A stretch of DNA of 64,000 nt from Vicugna vicugna (GCA_013265495.1 MU058213.1:7146066-7210065), one strand, 5' to 3'. Shown: positions 1 to 12,779, counted from the first letter of the stretch. The notes: a model not told the origin generated them from the letters alone. Translations and numbers: made by a program.

Positions 1-3000
1 TCTTCGCTACATCCAATGCCCAGGTTTCTTCACTACATCAGACAATTCCGCCCCCGCTGAGTCCTCATCCTGTGTGTAAAATTCATAAGCGCATTCAAAG
101 CAGAGCCACCACTCCCTTTCTGGCAGACTTCTCCAGAGTATGAAAATGGTGTCACTCCTTCCAACATGGCAGCCTCACCCAGAACTCCAACTGGTTTCAA
201 CTTGCAAAGAAAAAAAAAAAAATCAGCAAAAGCACGTCTGTTGATGAGTACCTCCACACACCAGCACCTTCCATTCCCAGAGAAGGGCTGGGTCACTAGA
301 CAAGATCGTTAAAATCGTCTTTACCAGGGGAAGGTTTTCATTTACAGAAAACAACTAGAGAGGTAGAGAGAGACCTACAGAAAGAGCCACACCCACTTCG
401 AACTGGTTTGAAATAGCTCACCACTGGGATGGGAACACACTCTTGGCTCCACCCTAACGAAGGGAACAGAAGTTTCCTCTGGTTTTTGAAAATATTAATA
501 AATGAGACTGTTAATTGCCTGACTGGGAAAACTCTTAGGGTGCAAAGCTAGACACTAATGAAATCTGTGCAGCTGCTGGAAAAATGAGCAACTTACATTT
601 AACATAAGGACTATCTTAGAGATAATTTAAGGGTTTGTCCTTTTTTTCCCCTAAACCCAACAGATTTTATTGAACTTCACTGTTTCACTTCCAACACAGA
701 GACACAACAAACATAGTACAAGTGAAACAGCTTTAGCTTCTTCCCCCAACAAGAAAAGTAAAGCAAAGTTTGCAAACAGTTTGAAACAAAGGAAACCTAG
801 AAGTCAACACTTCAAAGAACAAAAGCAAGTTCTACTGAGATGAATTAAGAACCAGGTCCAGAAAGCCCAAATACTAATTTGCACAAACAAACAAAAACAC
901 GTTGTCACAGGGCTCGTGTACCTGGCAGAATCTGAGACTAACCCAGCAGTTTGGTGGACACACCCACTTTAGTTTAAATGTGGAGTGTTGATATGTAACC
1001 ACAAAACACATCCTTAGCAACCATGATGAATCAATCAGGGACTGGATGATACAAATGAGGATTTTTAAAGCAAGAAAGTGGTGGTGGTGTGGGGGTGGAG
1101 GATGGGATTCCCCGCCAAGTCCTGACTGTGCACTCCTGGGTCTACAGGACTAGACTGGAATTTTAAACCAAGAGGGGAAAAAAAAATTGCTTGAGTGGGG
1201 GGTACGGGTGAAGTTCCCACTGTACTCCACTCTCCACCCCTCCCCCCAAAGCATTTTTGCTTAACAGAACCTTCCTGAAAGCATACACTTTTCTCCTTGG
1301 TTTTATGGTCTTGATTAATGCCTGAGTCACAGGGGCAAGTCATTCCCCAGAAATCCTGGAATCCTGCCTGGTGGCCTTGAGCAACCAAGCAAGAGGGACA
1401 CAGTGGCACTTGCTCTGGCCTGTCCCTCTTACTGCCTGATCTAAATCAATATTTGTTTGCTACCTCCAGGCACACTGCAGCCTCTTGCTCTCAAGAGCCT
1501 CTCCGTCAGTCTCCTGACAAGGGGTCGGAGTGGGCGGAAAGAGACAAGCAGGAGGAATGATGTCACTTGGCACAAAGCACATTCAGGGTTGGGAAATCAA
1601 GGTCTTCACATCTACAACTCAATTTCGGTGTTTTATGGCCCACATACGCCAGTTCCGATGGGGCCCTGCCGGTTCCAGAAAAAAGTCTAAACTCAGCATT
1701 CAAGATCTCCCACACTAAACTTTTCCATAAATAAAGCATGTGCAAGCACACACACGCATGCACACCAAGCACCAAAGTCAGAGTGGGCTGTCATTCTCCA
1801 AACACACTCAGCACTGTCTGGCTACCTCCAGGCCCGGGCTCTCCAACTTCCCTCTGCTGGGAAGGTTCAGTCTGCATCAGCTGGCATCCTCATGAGACAT
1901 GGGGATATAAAAAATACTGTTACCTTTCTCCTGTACCTCTCCCCACTCTGTGCTCCTGTCTCTCTCAGTGTGTCTGTGAAATATGAGAGTGGAGTGTCTA
2001 ACCACGGTCTACCATCCTATCCGCCCACAGGTTTTCTCGTACTCATTCCTATTTCCTCCTAGGTCTGAGCAATGCCTAGCACACCGTAGGCGCTCACTCA
2101 CATTTCTGGATGGTTTACACACACTGAGTCTTCCCACATTATGTCTTTTTTTCCAAGACACTCTGCTTCTTCAATTTTCCTCCTCTCCCTCGGACTGACC
2201 ATCTCAAATGTAATTCTATCTCCATGCATTCAGAGCTGGGAGGCTGAAATCCCCAGCCTCTGTTCAAATCTTCGTGAAGCCTGGCAGACCATTTCAGGGG
2301 GGCAGCCTCTTTCTCATCAGGATATGTAGCCCATCCCCATCCCACAGGCCAGTATCCCACCTGTGTGCTGTCAGGGCCCCTCGGGTCCTGGCTCTGTCTG
2401 CAGGACAGTGTGGAAATGTAACCTACGTCTCCTTAAGGCAAGAAAGGTCCGGAAGGAGGCAGCAAGGAGGAAGGATTTGCACGTGGCCTTGGGATTCTCA
2501 TTTCCTTTGAGCTGGGAGTGCAAGAGACTGGGTGTGGCAGAGAGACAAAGGGCAAGGATTCCATGTGACAGCCACTTCCTGAATCAGAACTTTCCACACC
2601 AAGCCTAGGAGCCTAACTCAGACCACATGGATGCTACAGACTTCTCCAGGATATGATTGAGCTCAGATGGTTTAAAAGCTTCAGGGTGTACCCCAGAAGA
2701 GAAATTTGAAGGTAATCTCAGTTGATTCACACAGAAGAACAAGCCTGGGCATTTCCTGACCCCTACTGCTGACCTGCTCCCCAACTAAATGCATGGGGAC
2801 TGCGTCTGGCAACTGAAGAAGGAAAAATATACCCGACAGTGAATGGGCGGAAAAAATTTTTTTTTTAAAGACTGGAATTTCCTCTGATGTAGCTTACAAC
2901 TAGAATAGGGTGTGGCACCACGGAAAATGAGGGAGGTGGATTCCCGAAGGCAAAAAAAAGAAGAGCATTATTTGAATTAAAATATCACTTTCCCCTTTGA

Positions 3001-5856
3001 AAAAAACAAAAAAGCATTCCATTTCTATTTTCGGAATCAAATCTGGAAGGCAGGTTAAGTCAGGAGATAACTTTAAACAACACCTTCCCTAAAGTAGGTT
3101 AAATCTGACGCTCACACCTGGATTCAAGGGGCCTTGAGCCCCAACCAAGTTTGGAAACTAATATTAATTCCAGAAAACATATGGTTCAAAATCCAATTAC
3201 TGTCTGCACAGCTCACTCATTTGTCTATTTTATTTTTCTCCCCACTGGATTTAAAGTCTAAAGAGCAGAGATTTTTGGTCTGTTTTGTTCACTACTGTAT
3301 TCCCCAGTGCTTATGCCTGTGAGCAGAACACAGTAGGTGTGTAATAAACATTGTGGAAAGAATGTTGCAAGAAGCCCAGGAGCCCTGGGACTCCTTGTGA
3401 CACACCCACCCTCCTTCAGTGAGAAACTCCTCAGCAGGCCCGCAGCCCTGCACAAAGACCAAGAACAAAGGCCAGACTCAAGGCCTGATGCTGCAGGAAG
3501 ATCCCACAGCCCCCTGATCAACAGCAATTACGGCAGGATATCTACCTTGCCAGGAAAACTACTTAAATTAGAACTTCGTCAGGAAACTAACGGCCACGAC
3601 TGCAGGCAGGTCAATCGATAGCGCAGTCTAAAGGCTCAGAGACACAGGATGTTAAATACTGAGACGCCAGTCCAAGACCAAGCTCCTGATGGAAGCCGGT
3701 AAGTCAGCAGTATTTCCTGGGCATTTACGACAGGCAGGCCACTTGGCACTGCAGGATATCACTAAATCCAAGCTGGTTCCCTTATCATGATCCTCCAACT
3801 AATAAAATGTACACTGATGATCACACCCTTCCACTGCCCATGCAATGGACACTTCTGGACAAAGCCTCGACTGAAGCTTTTAGACCTTAGATGAAGTTAG
3901 AAGGGAGAACAGCGTTAAGCTGGGATGGGCTTTAGCGCCCCTGACCACTGAGGACAATGAACCTGGCCTCGTCTTCCTTCGTGTTGCCTGAATATTATGG
4001 GGCTCCATGATTCCATAGCCTCAAATACTATAAATTATAGATGTTAAGGTTTAAAAAGTTTTGTTATTTTTTTAAACAACCCAGCTCCTCTGGGGTGCTG
4101 AGGATTTCAGGACCACCAACCATTCCTAATATTGAATATTAATGACTACTGATTCAATCTGCTAGCCTCCAGCCAGGTCTAAGTACACTGACAATGGAAA
4201 GGAGGGGGGAAACACAGCAGAACTGGATAAGCACAGACCAGCTGTTGTAATAAGTCAGGGAAGAGGGTCTCCAAGGAGGCAGGAGGAAGACAGAGAAGTG
4301 GAAAGGGCGACAAAGATAAAAATTTCCAATTAAAATAATTTAATCAGGCCAAACTCTTTAAGAAACTAAGAAAAAGTTCCAATAAAATATTTCAGTAATT
4401 TATTCTTCTTACCCACATATTCTCCCTCACCCTGCTCCAATCCTCCCCCCCCCAAATTAGGCATGTACTATCAGTACTTTGATACAGTGCACGTTAGGTA
4501 GGGGTTTCTGGGCTAGGCTGGGAACTTAAGCATCTTCCATAACACTGTTTCAGTGGGAAAGTGCATTCTGCATTTCAAATCATCAAGTTCTGGATAGGTA
4601 CAGTAGCACATACTTTTGGACAGAATCCATCAATAGAGTCAGTCTGATCGCAGGTGTCCAGACCCTCGGACTCCAGGACTTTATGGTTCTTGGTAAAGAC
4701 TCAGTGGGTACCCATGAGTTTACAGCTCTTTTACACGTAGAGTGAGAATACCATTAAATAGCTTTCAAATGGCAAATCTTAACACAAAAACAATGACACT
4801 CTGTATTGGTGTGGCACTTAATTGTGTCTCAGTGTGCTTTACATATTTATTTTTGAATGAACTTTTTTTTTGAATCTTCGGTAATAACCTTATTGGGGAA
4901 GGTAAGAATGAGCATCCTTAAACCACTTTTATAGAAAAGGAAATTGATTTTCACTTCCTACCGTCTCAACTGGGAGCTGAAGGAATCCAGCCTTCCACAC
5001 CAGGCGCTGGAACCCACCTCACAGAGCTACAGGGAACGGCCCGGGGGGCCACGCCCTTTTCTGTGCCCTCGGTCCCTGACTCACTGTCGCATTAGCGCGA
5101 GTTAGTCAGTGACAACCCTCCCCACAGAACCACGGGGGACACTTCCTTCCTGATGCAAAAGTGGCCAAGTGGGAAACTCTCCAGACACAGAAATCAGAAG
5201 TTACTCTCCTACAAGATAATCTAGACAAAGGAGAATGAGCTGAGGTTTTTTTCGTTTTGTTGTTTTATTAGGCTAAGGGGTTGCTGCAAACCCCCCCCCC
5301 CACTGATTCCCTCCTGCTGGTCGGCACAAGTCTCACAAATGCCTGTTTGTCTCAAAGAAAAGTAACTTGGAACGGATGGGGATTACTTTCTAGGTGGCCG
5401 TAACGCTCGTGTTAAACGTAGCGGGAAGCGCCGCAAGTCCGGTCTCCAGGGTACACGGGACTCGCGGGGCGGCCACACCCTGCCCCCCGCCGCCCCGGGC
5501 ACGTATGGAATGCAGGGCCTCCCTCCGCCCCCCTCCCCGGTGCTGCCTTGCCCGGCTTCCTGCGAGCACTTCGGGGGGTTGCCCGACCCCCTCCCTCTGC
5601 CCTGCACCCCCCCAGGCTCAGGCCCACCTGGCCCCCGCCGAGTCACTCCTGTCCAGACCCACCCACCCCGGCCACTGCGCCCTCTCCCTGCGGAGCCCTC
5701 GGTGGGGACCGTCCCTCTAGCCCCCACCCCGGACGGCTTCCCGAGTTCCCGCCGCCCGGGCTTCTCTCCGCAAGGCCGTCTGCTCCCCCGCCTCTCCGCG
5801 CCCCACTAGCGCGGCGGCCTCGGGGGCATAGCGGGCGGGCGGGGCGCCCCGCTTAC
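1..5856 (-). other. ANXA2: ANXA2 intron 1 (5' part)
   Basis: Starts at the gtaagc donor at 5856. No MSTVHEILCKLSLEG-coding exon was seen in 1-5856, so exon 2 lies left of the window. Confidence 0.8.
3240..3365. mobile_element. L2 3' end remnant (more L2/MIR remnants near 2060, 4800-4960, 7820-8010, 13530-14340, 16255-16380, 34830-35060, 38480-38620, 48060-48430, 59000-59190)
   Basis: GTCTGTTTTGTTCACTACTGTATTCCCCAGTGC...CACAGTAGGTGTGTAATAAACATTG; MIR core CTCAGTTTCCTC motifs at other listed sites. Confidence 0.6.
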
Positions 5857-5900
5857 CTGGGCCGGGCGCCGCGCACTGCCAGTATCCCCAGATGCAGAGC
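5857..5900 (-). other. ANXA2: ANXA2 non-coding exon 1 (5' UTR)
   Basis: Minus strand GCTCTGCATCTGGGGATACTGGCAGTGCGCGGCGCCCGGCCCAG|gtaagc resembles the recalled human ANXA2 5' UTR (GCTCAGCATTTGGGGACG...CACGGCCCAG). It starts ~30 nt below a TATAAAA, and synteny with ICE2 agrees. Confidence 0.88.
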
Positions 5901-6035
5901 GGAGTCCGCTGGCCTGGGTGGGGCTTTTATAGCCGCCACAACCTCGCGGTGCAGGCGAGGCCCGCCCCGCCCCGTCCCGCCCCGCCTTCCTTTGCCCCAG
6001 CCGACGCGCACCCGGAGTCGGGGTGACTCACCCTC
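5901..6035 (-). promoter_or_regulatory. ANXA2: ANXA2 core promoter: TATA box, Sp1/KLF GC boxes, AP-1 site
   Basis: TATAAAA at 5931-5925 (minus); CCCGCCCC arrays at 5961-5986; TGACTCA at 6024-6030 inside the near-palindrome GGGTGACTCACCC. Confidence 0.88.
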
Positions 6036-8039
6036 CCGGGCCCGGCCGCCCGCCCGCAGGGGCCGCCTCGCCCTGAAACGGTCCCCGCGCCCACGGCCCT
6101 GCCCTCCGGTAAAGCACCGCCGAGGCTTCCTCGAGGCCCATTACCGCCCTCCTTTCTTCCTCCCTTCCTCTTTTTACTTGTCTAGGGCCACGTCGAGGTC
6201 TCAGTCCTCGCTCATGCTAATCAATTAGCAAGACCTGAGTCGGCTCTGAGCTTGGCTAAGTCACCTTTTTTTCAAGGCGTCAATGCAATGGAAGGAAGAA
6301 CTGTTCCAAGAAATATAAATCGTGATTCCCCGGAGCTGGGCCGTTGGCATCAGCTCCCCGGTGCCGTCTGCGAACAGATTAGCTTAACCTGTGACCCGCA
6401 GCTCCCGGGAGGAGCGCGGGGAGGGCGATGGGCTGGGTTCTGGCTTGCAAAGGCCCGGCCCGCCCCGGCCAGAGTGAGCTGGGAGGTGCCGAGCCAAGAT
6501 TGGAGTCGGGTTGGGGGGTGGGAGGCCGAAGCCAGGAGCCAAGGTCCCACCCACTCCAGTCCCGGGGGCGCCCTTTTCCCGAGCGCGCCTGCTCGGCCTC
6601 TGTCCACGCCCTCCCAGACCCGCTCGGCCTCCCGCGCCTCGGGCAGCCCTGCGAGTCCCCGTTGCAGGCTGTCCCGAGCTGGGTGGGGCCGGTGGTTTTG
6701 AACCTCGAGTTCCAACAAAGAAGTACCCTCCCCTCCTTCTTCCTGAACTGCCTTTTGTTTCTCGGCGTATGAGCCCGCTCCCTGGCTTGGTTTAGCTGTT
6801 TCTCCCTTTTCTTCCATGCTCTGTTTCCATGCACCCCAGTGGCAGCATGCAGGCAAACATGCTTGTGTGTGACTGCGCAAATACTGTACTGAAACCTCCA
6901 ACTAGCCGGAAAGTTAATGCTAAGAATCTCGAAGACCTCTCTCTCTGCGCCTTTGAATTCCTTCGCGTAGCTCTTTCTCCTGGTCTTGATGCTTGTGTTT
7001 TAATCTCCCGTACATCTTAACGTACACCTTTACTTTACAGCTCAGCGTCCTTTCACTCCTGGGAATCGGGAAACAACAAGGCCAAGACATCGTTGCCAAG
7101 CTCACAGTCAAGTCCAGGCCACAAATGGGGTCTCTGGGCACTCGGCCCAGAGTTTACTGTTACCATTTCTCTCACTCTGGAATGAAACAAGATAGGTACT
7201 GTGGGAAGGACAAACAGAAAATAAAGCAACTCTGTTGATACAATGTCTGGTTTACATTTATAGCTCTTCAATTTAGGCTGAAAGCTTTAGAGCCAGAAAT
7301 CACGTTTTTCTGCCCACTCCCTGAGTGTTTTGGAACAGAAGGAGAACGCGGGCTCACAATGATGGTGGACAGGATTCTGCCTCCTTTCTCGTCTCAGGGC
7401 TGGTTGCCCAGCCAATGACTCCTAGTTGTGCTGTGACAGGCCCTCTACAGAAGATAAGGTTTAATTCAAATTGTGAAGAATACCTAACAACCATCCCAAC
7501 TATCCAAAAGAATGCTTCTGCTTATCTTGGGCATCCAGCAAATCCAAACATACAGATCTGTTCAACAGCCAGAGTTTACTTGGTGCTACAGAACTTCATA
7601 CTGGTGTTATCATAAAAAGGAAGCTATCAGAAGTCATGGTTTGCTATTTCTGAGGAATGTGGGGCCCATTCTGCCAGTATAAAAGAACTTCTGAATCTCT
7701 GAGCGCAAAGACTCCTTTCTTTCTTTTTCCCCCATGGCTGGAAGAACCTTTTACTACAACAGATCTCAGATAATGTCTGCTGTTGTGTGTAATGTCCTCT
7801 AAAGCCTCGACTTCATTTTGTTCACCCTTTATCTGCTGCACCTCAACAGGGCTAACAGTGCCTAGCTAGCAGTGATAGGCACTCATTAAAAAATTTCAGA
7901 ATAAGAGATTTATTCACCCAGTAATAGAACGTTAGAGTGGAGACGGGCCTTAAGAAACTAACTTGTCCAGTCCTTGATTTTTATAGATGAAGAAACTGGA
8001 GTCCAAATAAAGTCTACCCAGTCCAGAGATTAAATAATG

Positions 8040-9731
8040 CACTTAAGTTGCTTGCTGCATTTTAACAATTTGCCACCAAAACTTAGTGGTGAAAATGTAA
8101 AAAAAAAACACTTATTTGCTCATGAGTTTGCAGTTGGACAGGACTCCGTGGGGACAGCTTGGGTCTGTTCTACATGACGTTGGGTGGGGCAGCTCAACTC
8201 GGGTTGCTGGAAAGTAGCTTCACTCATTTGTCTGGTGCCTGAGCTGGGGTTGCCAGAATGGCTGAGAGCAGGCTGAGTCTCTCATCCGCCAGGTCCTCCT
8301 CTCTACACCAGGAGAGTAATGGCAGCCGGCTCCCAAGAAGCAGAAGCTGAAGCTGCCAGGCCTTTTAGCTTGTGGGTTATCCAAAAACAAGCTGGGTTGG
8401 CTTAATGGGCTGCAGTTTGCCGATCCCTGCTTTAATCCATCCAGAAGGCTTTGCCTTCTGGCCTCTTGATACCACTCTGAGATGTTTTTCCTTTTCCTTA
8501 AGAATGGTCCATATTTGTAGTTGAGAAGCTCTCTGAGTCTGCTTTCTGCTAAGAGAAACTCGAAGGTCCAGAAACTTCTTTCCACTTTGAACTGTTTGTG
8601 TCCAACCTGTCAGTTCTTTCATTAATACAATTGTCTTTAAAATACTGTGGATTTTCTATAAATCTTATTGAGGTTCATTGCATGCTCCAAAATTCACATC
8701 CAATGCAATTTTCTCAAAAACATGGTGGAACTTCTGTAAGTCCTAAAGAGGCTTAACTCCATGCTCCAAAATTCCCACTGATTATTCTTTCTAAACACAG
8801 ACCTCTCTCTCTACTTTGAGCTTGTCAGGCTAGAACAATGTACTTAAGATTCTCAGAAACCCTGAGATTGTCTTCAAGGTACCACATTAAATCTTTCTGG
8901 AATCTTAAAAATAAAAGGTTTTGATTTGATCTTTATCCTGAGGCCATTTCTTACCCTGCAAATCTTTCACTGGCTAGAATTCTGCTTGAAAAACAAACAG
9001 ATCTTTACTTAGTGCCTTTTTCCTTCTTGTATTTTATCAAAAACAGCTAAAAGAAGACCACTGGCATTTTCAGCATTCTGGCTGGAAATCTCCTTGGTTA
9101 GATCCACCAGTTCATTAGGCACATTTTCTATCATTCATGTGACCACAGGCATTCTGCCAATACATAATAACTTAGGTTGCCTTTCCTCCAACCTTCCATA
9201 GTAATTTTCCTTACCACTTTTCCAACCTCTGCTAACAGTCTTCTCTCTGGTTACTATCACAGGGAAGTCAATATCACATATTTTAGGTTTTTGTTACAGC
9301 AACGCTCCATGTACAGGTACTAATTTCTGTTTCAGTTAACTATTACAAGGAAATAGACCACTTCCAAATCTTAGAGGCTTAAAACAACCACCACCATGTA
9401 TTTGTTCATGATTCTACTAAGGGCAGAGCTCCTGGGGTCAGCTCATCTCTGGTCCATGAGGCATCGTCTAGGAAGACCCAAATGAGGTCAGAAAATCTAC
9501 AAGGGCTCCCTCCAGCAGGGTAATTACTGGTTTTCAACAGTGAAAGTGGAAGCTGCCAGGCCCAGAACTGGAACTGTCTCACTTCCACTGTGTTCAGTTA
9601 ATCAAAGCAACTCACACAACCCAGGTTCAAGGGAAGGGGACAGTGCTTCCACCTCTTCATAAAGGGAGTGACATATGTTTACATGGGTGGAAGGAACTGT
9701 TGTCAACCGCCTTTGCAGACAATCTATCACA
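8040..9731 (-). mobile_element. Degenerate MaLR (MLT1-type) provirus: LTR, internal remnant, LTR
   Basis: Two same-orientation MLT1-like LTRs (~8040-8390 and ~9328-9731, with motifs CCAAAACTTAGTGG and CTTAGAGGCTTAAAACAAC). LTR/internal junction GGTACTAATTTCTGT at ~9316-9330; short MER58-like end near 8400-8430. Confidence 0.6.
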
Positions 9732-9949
9732 ATCCTTAAACTCGTGAGTGGCAGAACTGAGGTTAGAACGTATTTGTCTGTCTTTCAATTCACTGCTTTT
9801 ACTATCATCCTATATCTCTCACATACCACGGTTGCTTCAGTGTCTCTAAGTCCTCTACAGTATATGCTTTACACTCTCACTAACCATAAAGCTGCTATTA
9901 CATTGAGCCTTGTTATATGCAATCAGTGTATAATTATGTCATATCTGAA

Positions 9950-11520
9950 GATGTGGCCAGAAGAGGGAAAAGATCTATCTGGAAAACCCAACTTCCAAAT
10001 AATAGGGGATCTAGAAAGAAAAATAGGCAAAATGGAGGGGGAGATATCATGGATAAATAACTGAAGACAACTTTCTAGACCTGAAGGCCATGAGTTTTTA
10101 GATTGAAAAAGTCACAATAAGTGGAAAATCAAACCCAAGGCACGTTATCATGGAATTTCAGAACACTTGGTGGGGCCGGGGAGAAGTTCCTGAACAATTC
10201 CAGAGAGATTTAAAAAAAAACAACTTACAGAAGAAAGGTAAGAAAGAAGAATGGCATTATACTCAAGACTCAGATCTTACTTTCTAAATATTATTTCCCA
10301 ATCAATGAACCTATTCTTGGAGAAATGGCTGGTTCCAGAGGTGGGACAGAAAAAACTCATGCTGAGCTTTGTGCTAAATTACTGTTGGGAACATATCAAA
10401 AAGACACAAAAGCCAACTGGAAGGGGCTCTCACTGGTTAATATTGGGGATAATTTGAACATGATATTGAATAATGATAGGAAGTGATGATACACACTGAA
10501 TAATCTGTTAGTAAAACACACGCACACACAAAGATGGGACAGGAAAAGCTGGTAATTAGGGAAGAATGTCAACTTATAAATGTATCAGGAAAGAGAAATA
10601 TAAAAAATCATTTTTTGCAACTAGAATTCCACATCCAGCCAAACTATAAATCGAGACTGCACACATAATTAACATGTTTCAAAAATGCTGTTTATGCCCA
10701 TGGGCTCTGTGTCTGTTTCCCAGGGCTGCCGTAACAAATCACCACAAGCCTGGTGGCTTAAAACAACAGAAATGCATTCCTTGCGGTTCTGGAGGCCAGA
10801 AGTGTGGAATTAAGGTTTCAGCAGGGCCACACTCCCTCTAGAGACTCTAAGGGAGACTCCTTCCCTGTCTCTCCCAGCTTCTGGTGGCTGTGCACATTCC
10901 TTGCAGCTGCATGTCTCCAAACTCTGCCTTCATCTTCACAAGTCTCTCCTCTTTCTTTCTGTGTCTTCTATTCTTCTGTCTTTCAGAAGAACACTTGTCG
11001 TTGGATTTAGGACAAACCTGGATCGTCAAGGATAATCTCATTTTGAGATCTGTGACTTAATTACACCTGCAAAAACCCCTTTTCCAAGTAAGGAAATACT
11101 CACAGGTCCTGAGGCTTAGGACACAGACACATGTTTTGGGGGCCACCATTCATCCCACTACATAACCTGTCTCAGGAGACTTCTAAATGATGTATTTCAC
11201 CAAAATGAGAGAATAAAGCAAACATAGGAAGCACTGGATACAGAACACGAGGGATTCAATGCAACGGGGAAGAGAGAACAACGGGGAAGAGAGAAGGAGG
11301 AACGATAGCTGTGCAGCCAGTTTACAGAGCGACCCGTCTAGACTGGAGAGGAGCGGCGAAGGCTCCCGCACGGGCGCCTCCCAAAGGGTGGGCAGAAGCA
11401 GTTACCCGGTGTGTGCGAAGGTCCCGAGGAGGAATTAACAGCTTCACTGGAGAGCTTGGGAATGAATTAGTGCCAGCGGTAAGAAAAACTATCAAGTGAA
11501 AAGCTCCAGGAACACAAAAC
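9950..11520 (+). mobile_element. Old L1M 5'/ORF1 remnants, interrupted by the LTR at 10708
   Basis: TTTCTAGACCTGAAGGCCATGAGTTTTTAGATTGAAA, GAATGGCATTATACTC and CTAGAATTCCACATCCAGCCAAACTA resemble L1 ORF1. Confidence 0.5.
10708..11162 (-). mobile_element. MLT1C-like solo LTR
   Basis: AGGGCTGCCGTAACAAATCACCACAAGCCTGGTGGCTTAAAACAACAGAAAT...CCATTCATCCCACTACA. Confidence 0.8.
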
Positions 11521-11532
11521 ATTATTGCAGCG

Positions 11533-11881
11533 TGCTAGCAACACAATGCTTATATCCCCTCAAATTCATGTCCTTGAAACCGAATCCTCCATGTGAGGGT
11601 ATTTAGAGGTGGGGGACTCTGGGTGGTGATCAGGTCATGAGGGCAGAACCCCTCATATGGGATTAGCACTTTGCTGAGAGGCCCTGAAGAGCTCTGCTGC
11701 CCTCCCCAACGTGCAGTTACAGTGAGAAGATGGCTGTCTATGAGCCAGGACGTGGGTATCTTCACCCACTCAATCTTGGACTTGCTTACCAGTCTCCAGA
11801 ACCATGAGAAATAAATTTCTGTTGTTTATAAGCCACACAACCTGTGGCAGTTTGTTGTAGCAGCCCAAATGGACCAAGACA
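11533..11881 (+). mobile_element. MLT1A-like solo LTR
   Basis: CCCCTCAAATTCATGT...GAGAAATAAATTTCTGTTGTTTATAAGCCAC...GCAGCCCAAATGGACCAAGACA. Confidence 0.8.
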
Positions 11882-11899
11882 CAACATATAATCCCCAGA

Positions 11900-12390
11900 G
11901 ATGACGATAGTATTTCCCAATCCAGGTGCTCTTCTAGAATGTTGCCACTTCCCCATCAAGAGGAGGAGTGTATGCCCGCTCCCCTTGAATCTCATGTCCC
12001 GTTGTAAATTATTTGACCAACAGAACACAGCATAAGTCATGCCGTGTGGCTTCTAAGGCTAGACGCACAAATGCATTTCTACCTTGTTTACCTGGGACAC
12101 TTGCCTCAGAATCCAGCCATCATACCACGAGGAAGCTCAGGCAGCCCGTGGAGAGGTCCCAAGGTCCTCAGCCCACACGGATGTCAGCGTGGTCCTGGCT
12201 GTCAGCTGTCTTGAAAGTGGACCATCCAGCCGTCAGGTGAGCCATCCCAGGTGAGGTTGAGTGAAGCAGAGACAAGCCTTCCCCATACAACTCTGTTCAA
12301 ACTGCAAACTAGTGCATAAAACAAATTCTCACTGTTTTAAGAAACTAAATTTGGAGGTGGTTAGTTATGCACCAACATGTAGCTAAAAGA
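11900..12390 (+). mobile_element. MLT1F/G-like LTR
   Basis: CCCCATCAAGAGG...CTCCCCTTGAATCT...TGTTTTAAGAAACTAAATTTGGAGGTGGTTAGTTATGCA. Confidence 0.65.
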
Positions 12391-12779
12391 GTTGCCATGA
12401 GAAGGAAATGTAAACATAGTGCATTACGTGGCTCAGGTTATGTTTCTATAGCCATAATTCTGTAAAGAATATTAGAGAACAATAATGCAACCATTTTGAG
12501 ATTATGTGTGTATATGTATATGAGGAGTACAAGACTTCTTATTTTTCATTAGTACACGACAGGTACTATTTAAAACTGAAAAAGTAAGAGACACTGTCAT
12601 GTTATTTAGAAATATATTGGTGAATCTCCACAAGAAATAGCTACAAGTGTTGAAAATGTCTGGCCTTGGGAAGCAGACATTGTGGGTATTGTGGATCGAG
12701 GTAATTGCTATCTGGGAGTGTGTGTGTGTGCACTTGCGCGCGCTATCACAGAAAATACAAATTCCCAACTCAATGTACA

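Larger units (their letters stand above)
5390..6780. promoter_or_regulatory. CpG island over the ANXA2 TSS
   Basis: Very high GC and dense CpG against the CpG-depleted flanks. Confidence 0.92.

Noticed and set aside
5383..6901. Overlapping 94-226 aa ORFs in the CpG island
   Set aside because: Pro/Arg/Gly-rich, on both strands and with no recognisable domain; expected where GC-rich DNA lacks stop codons.
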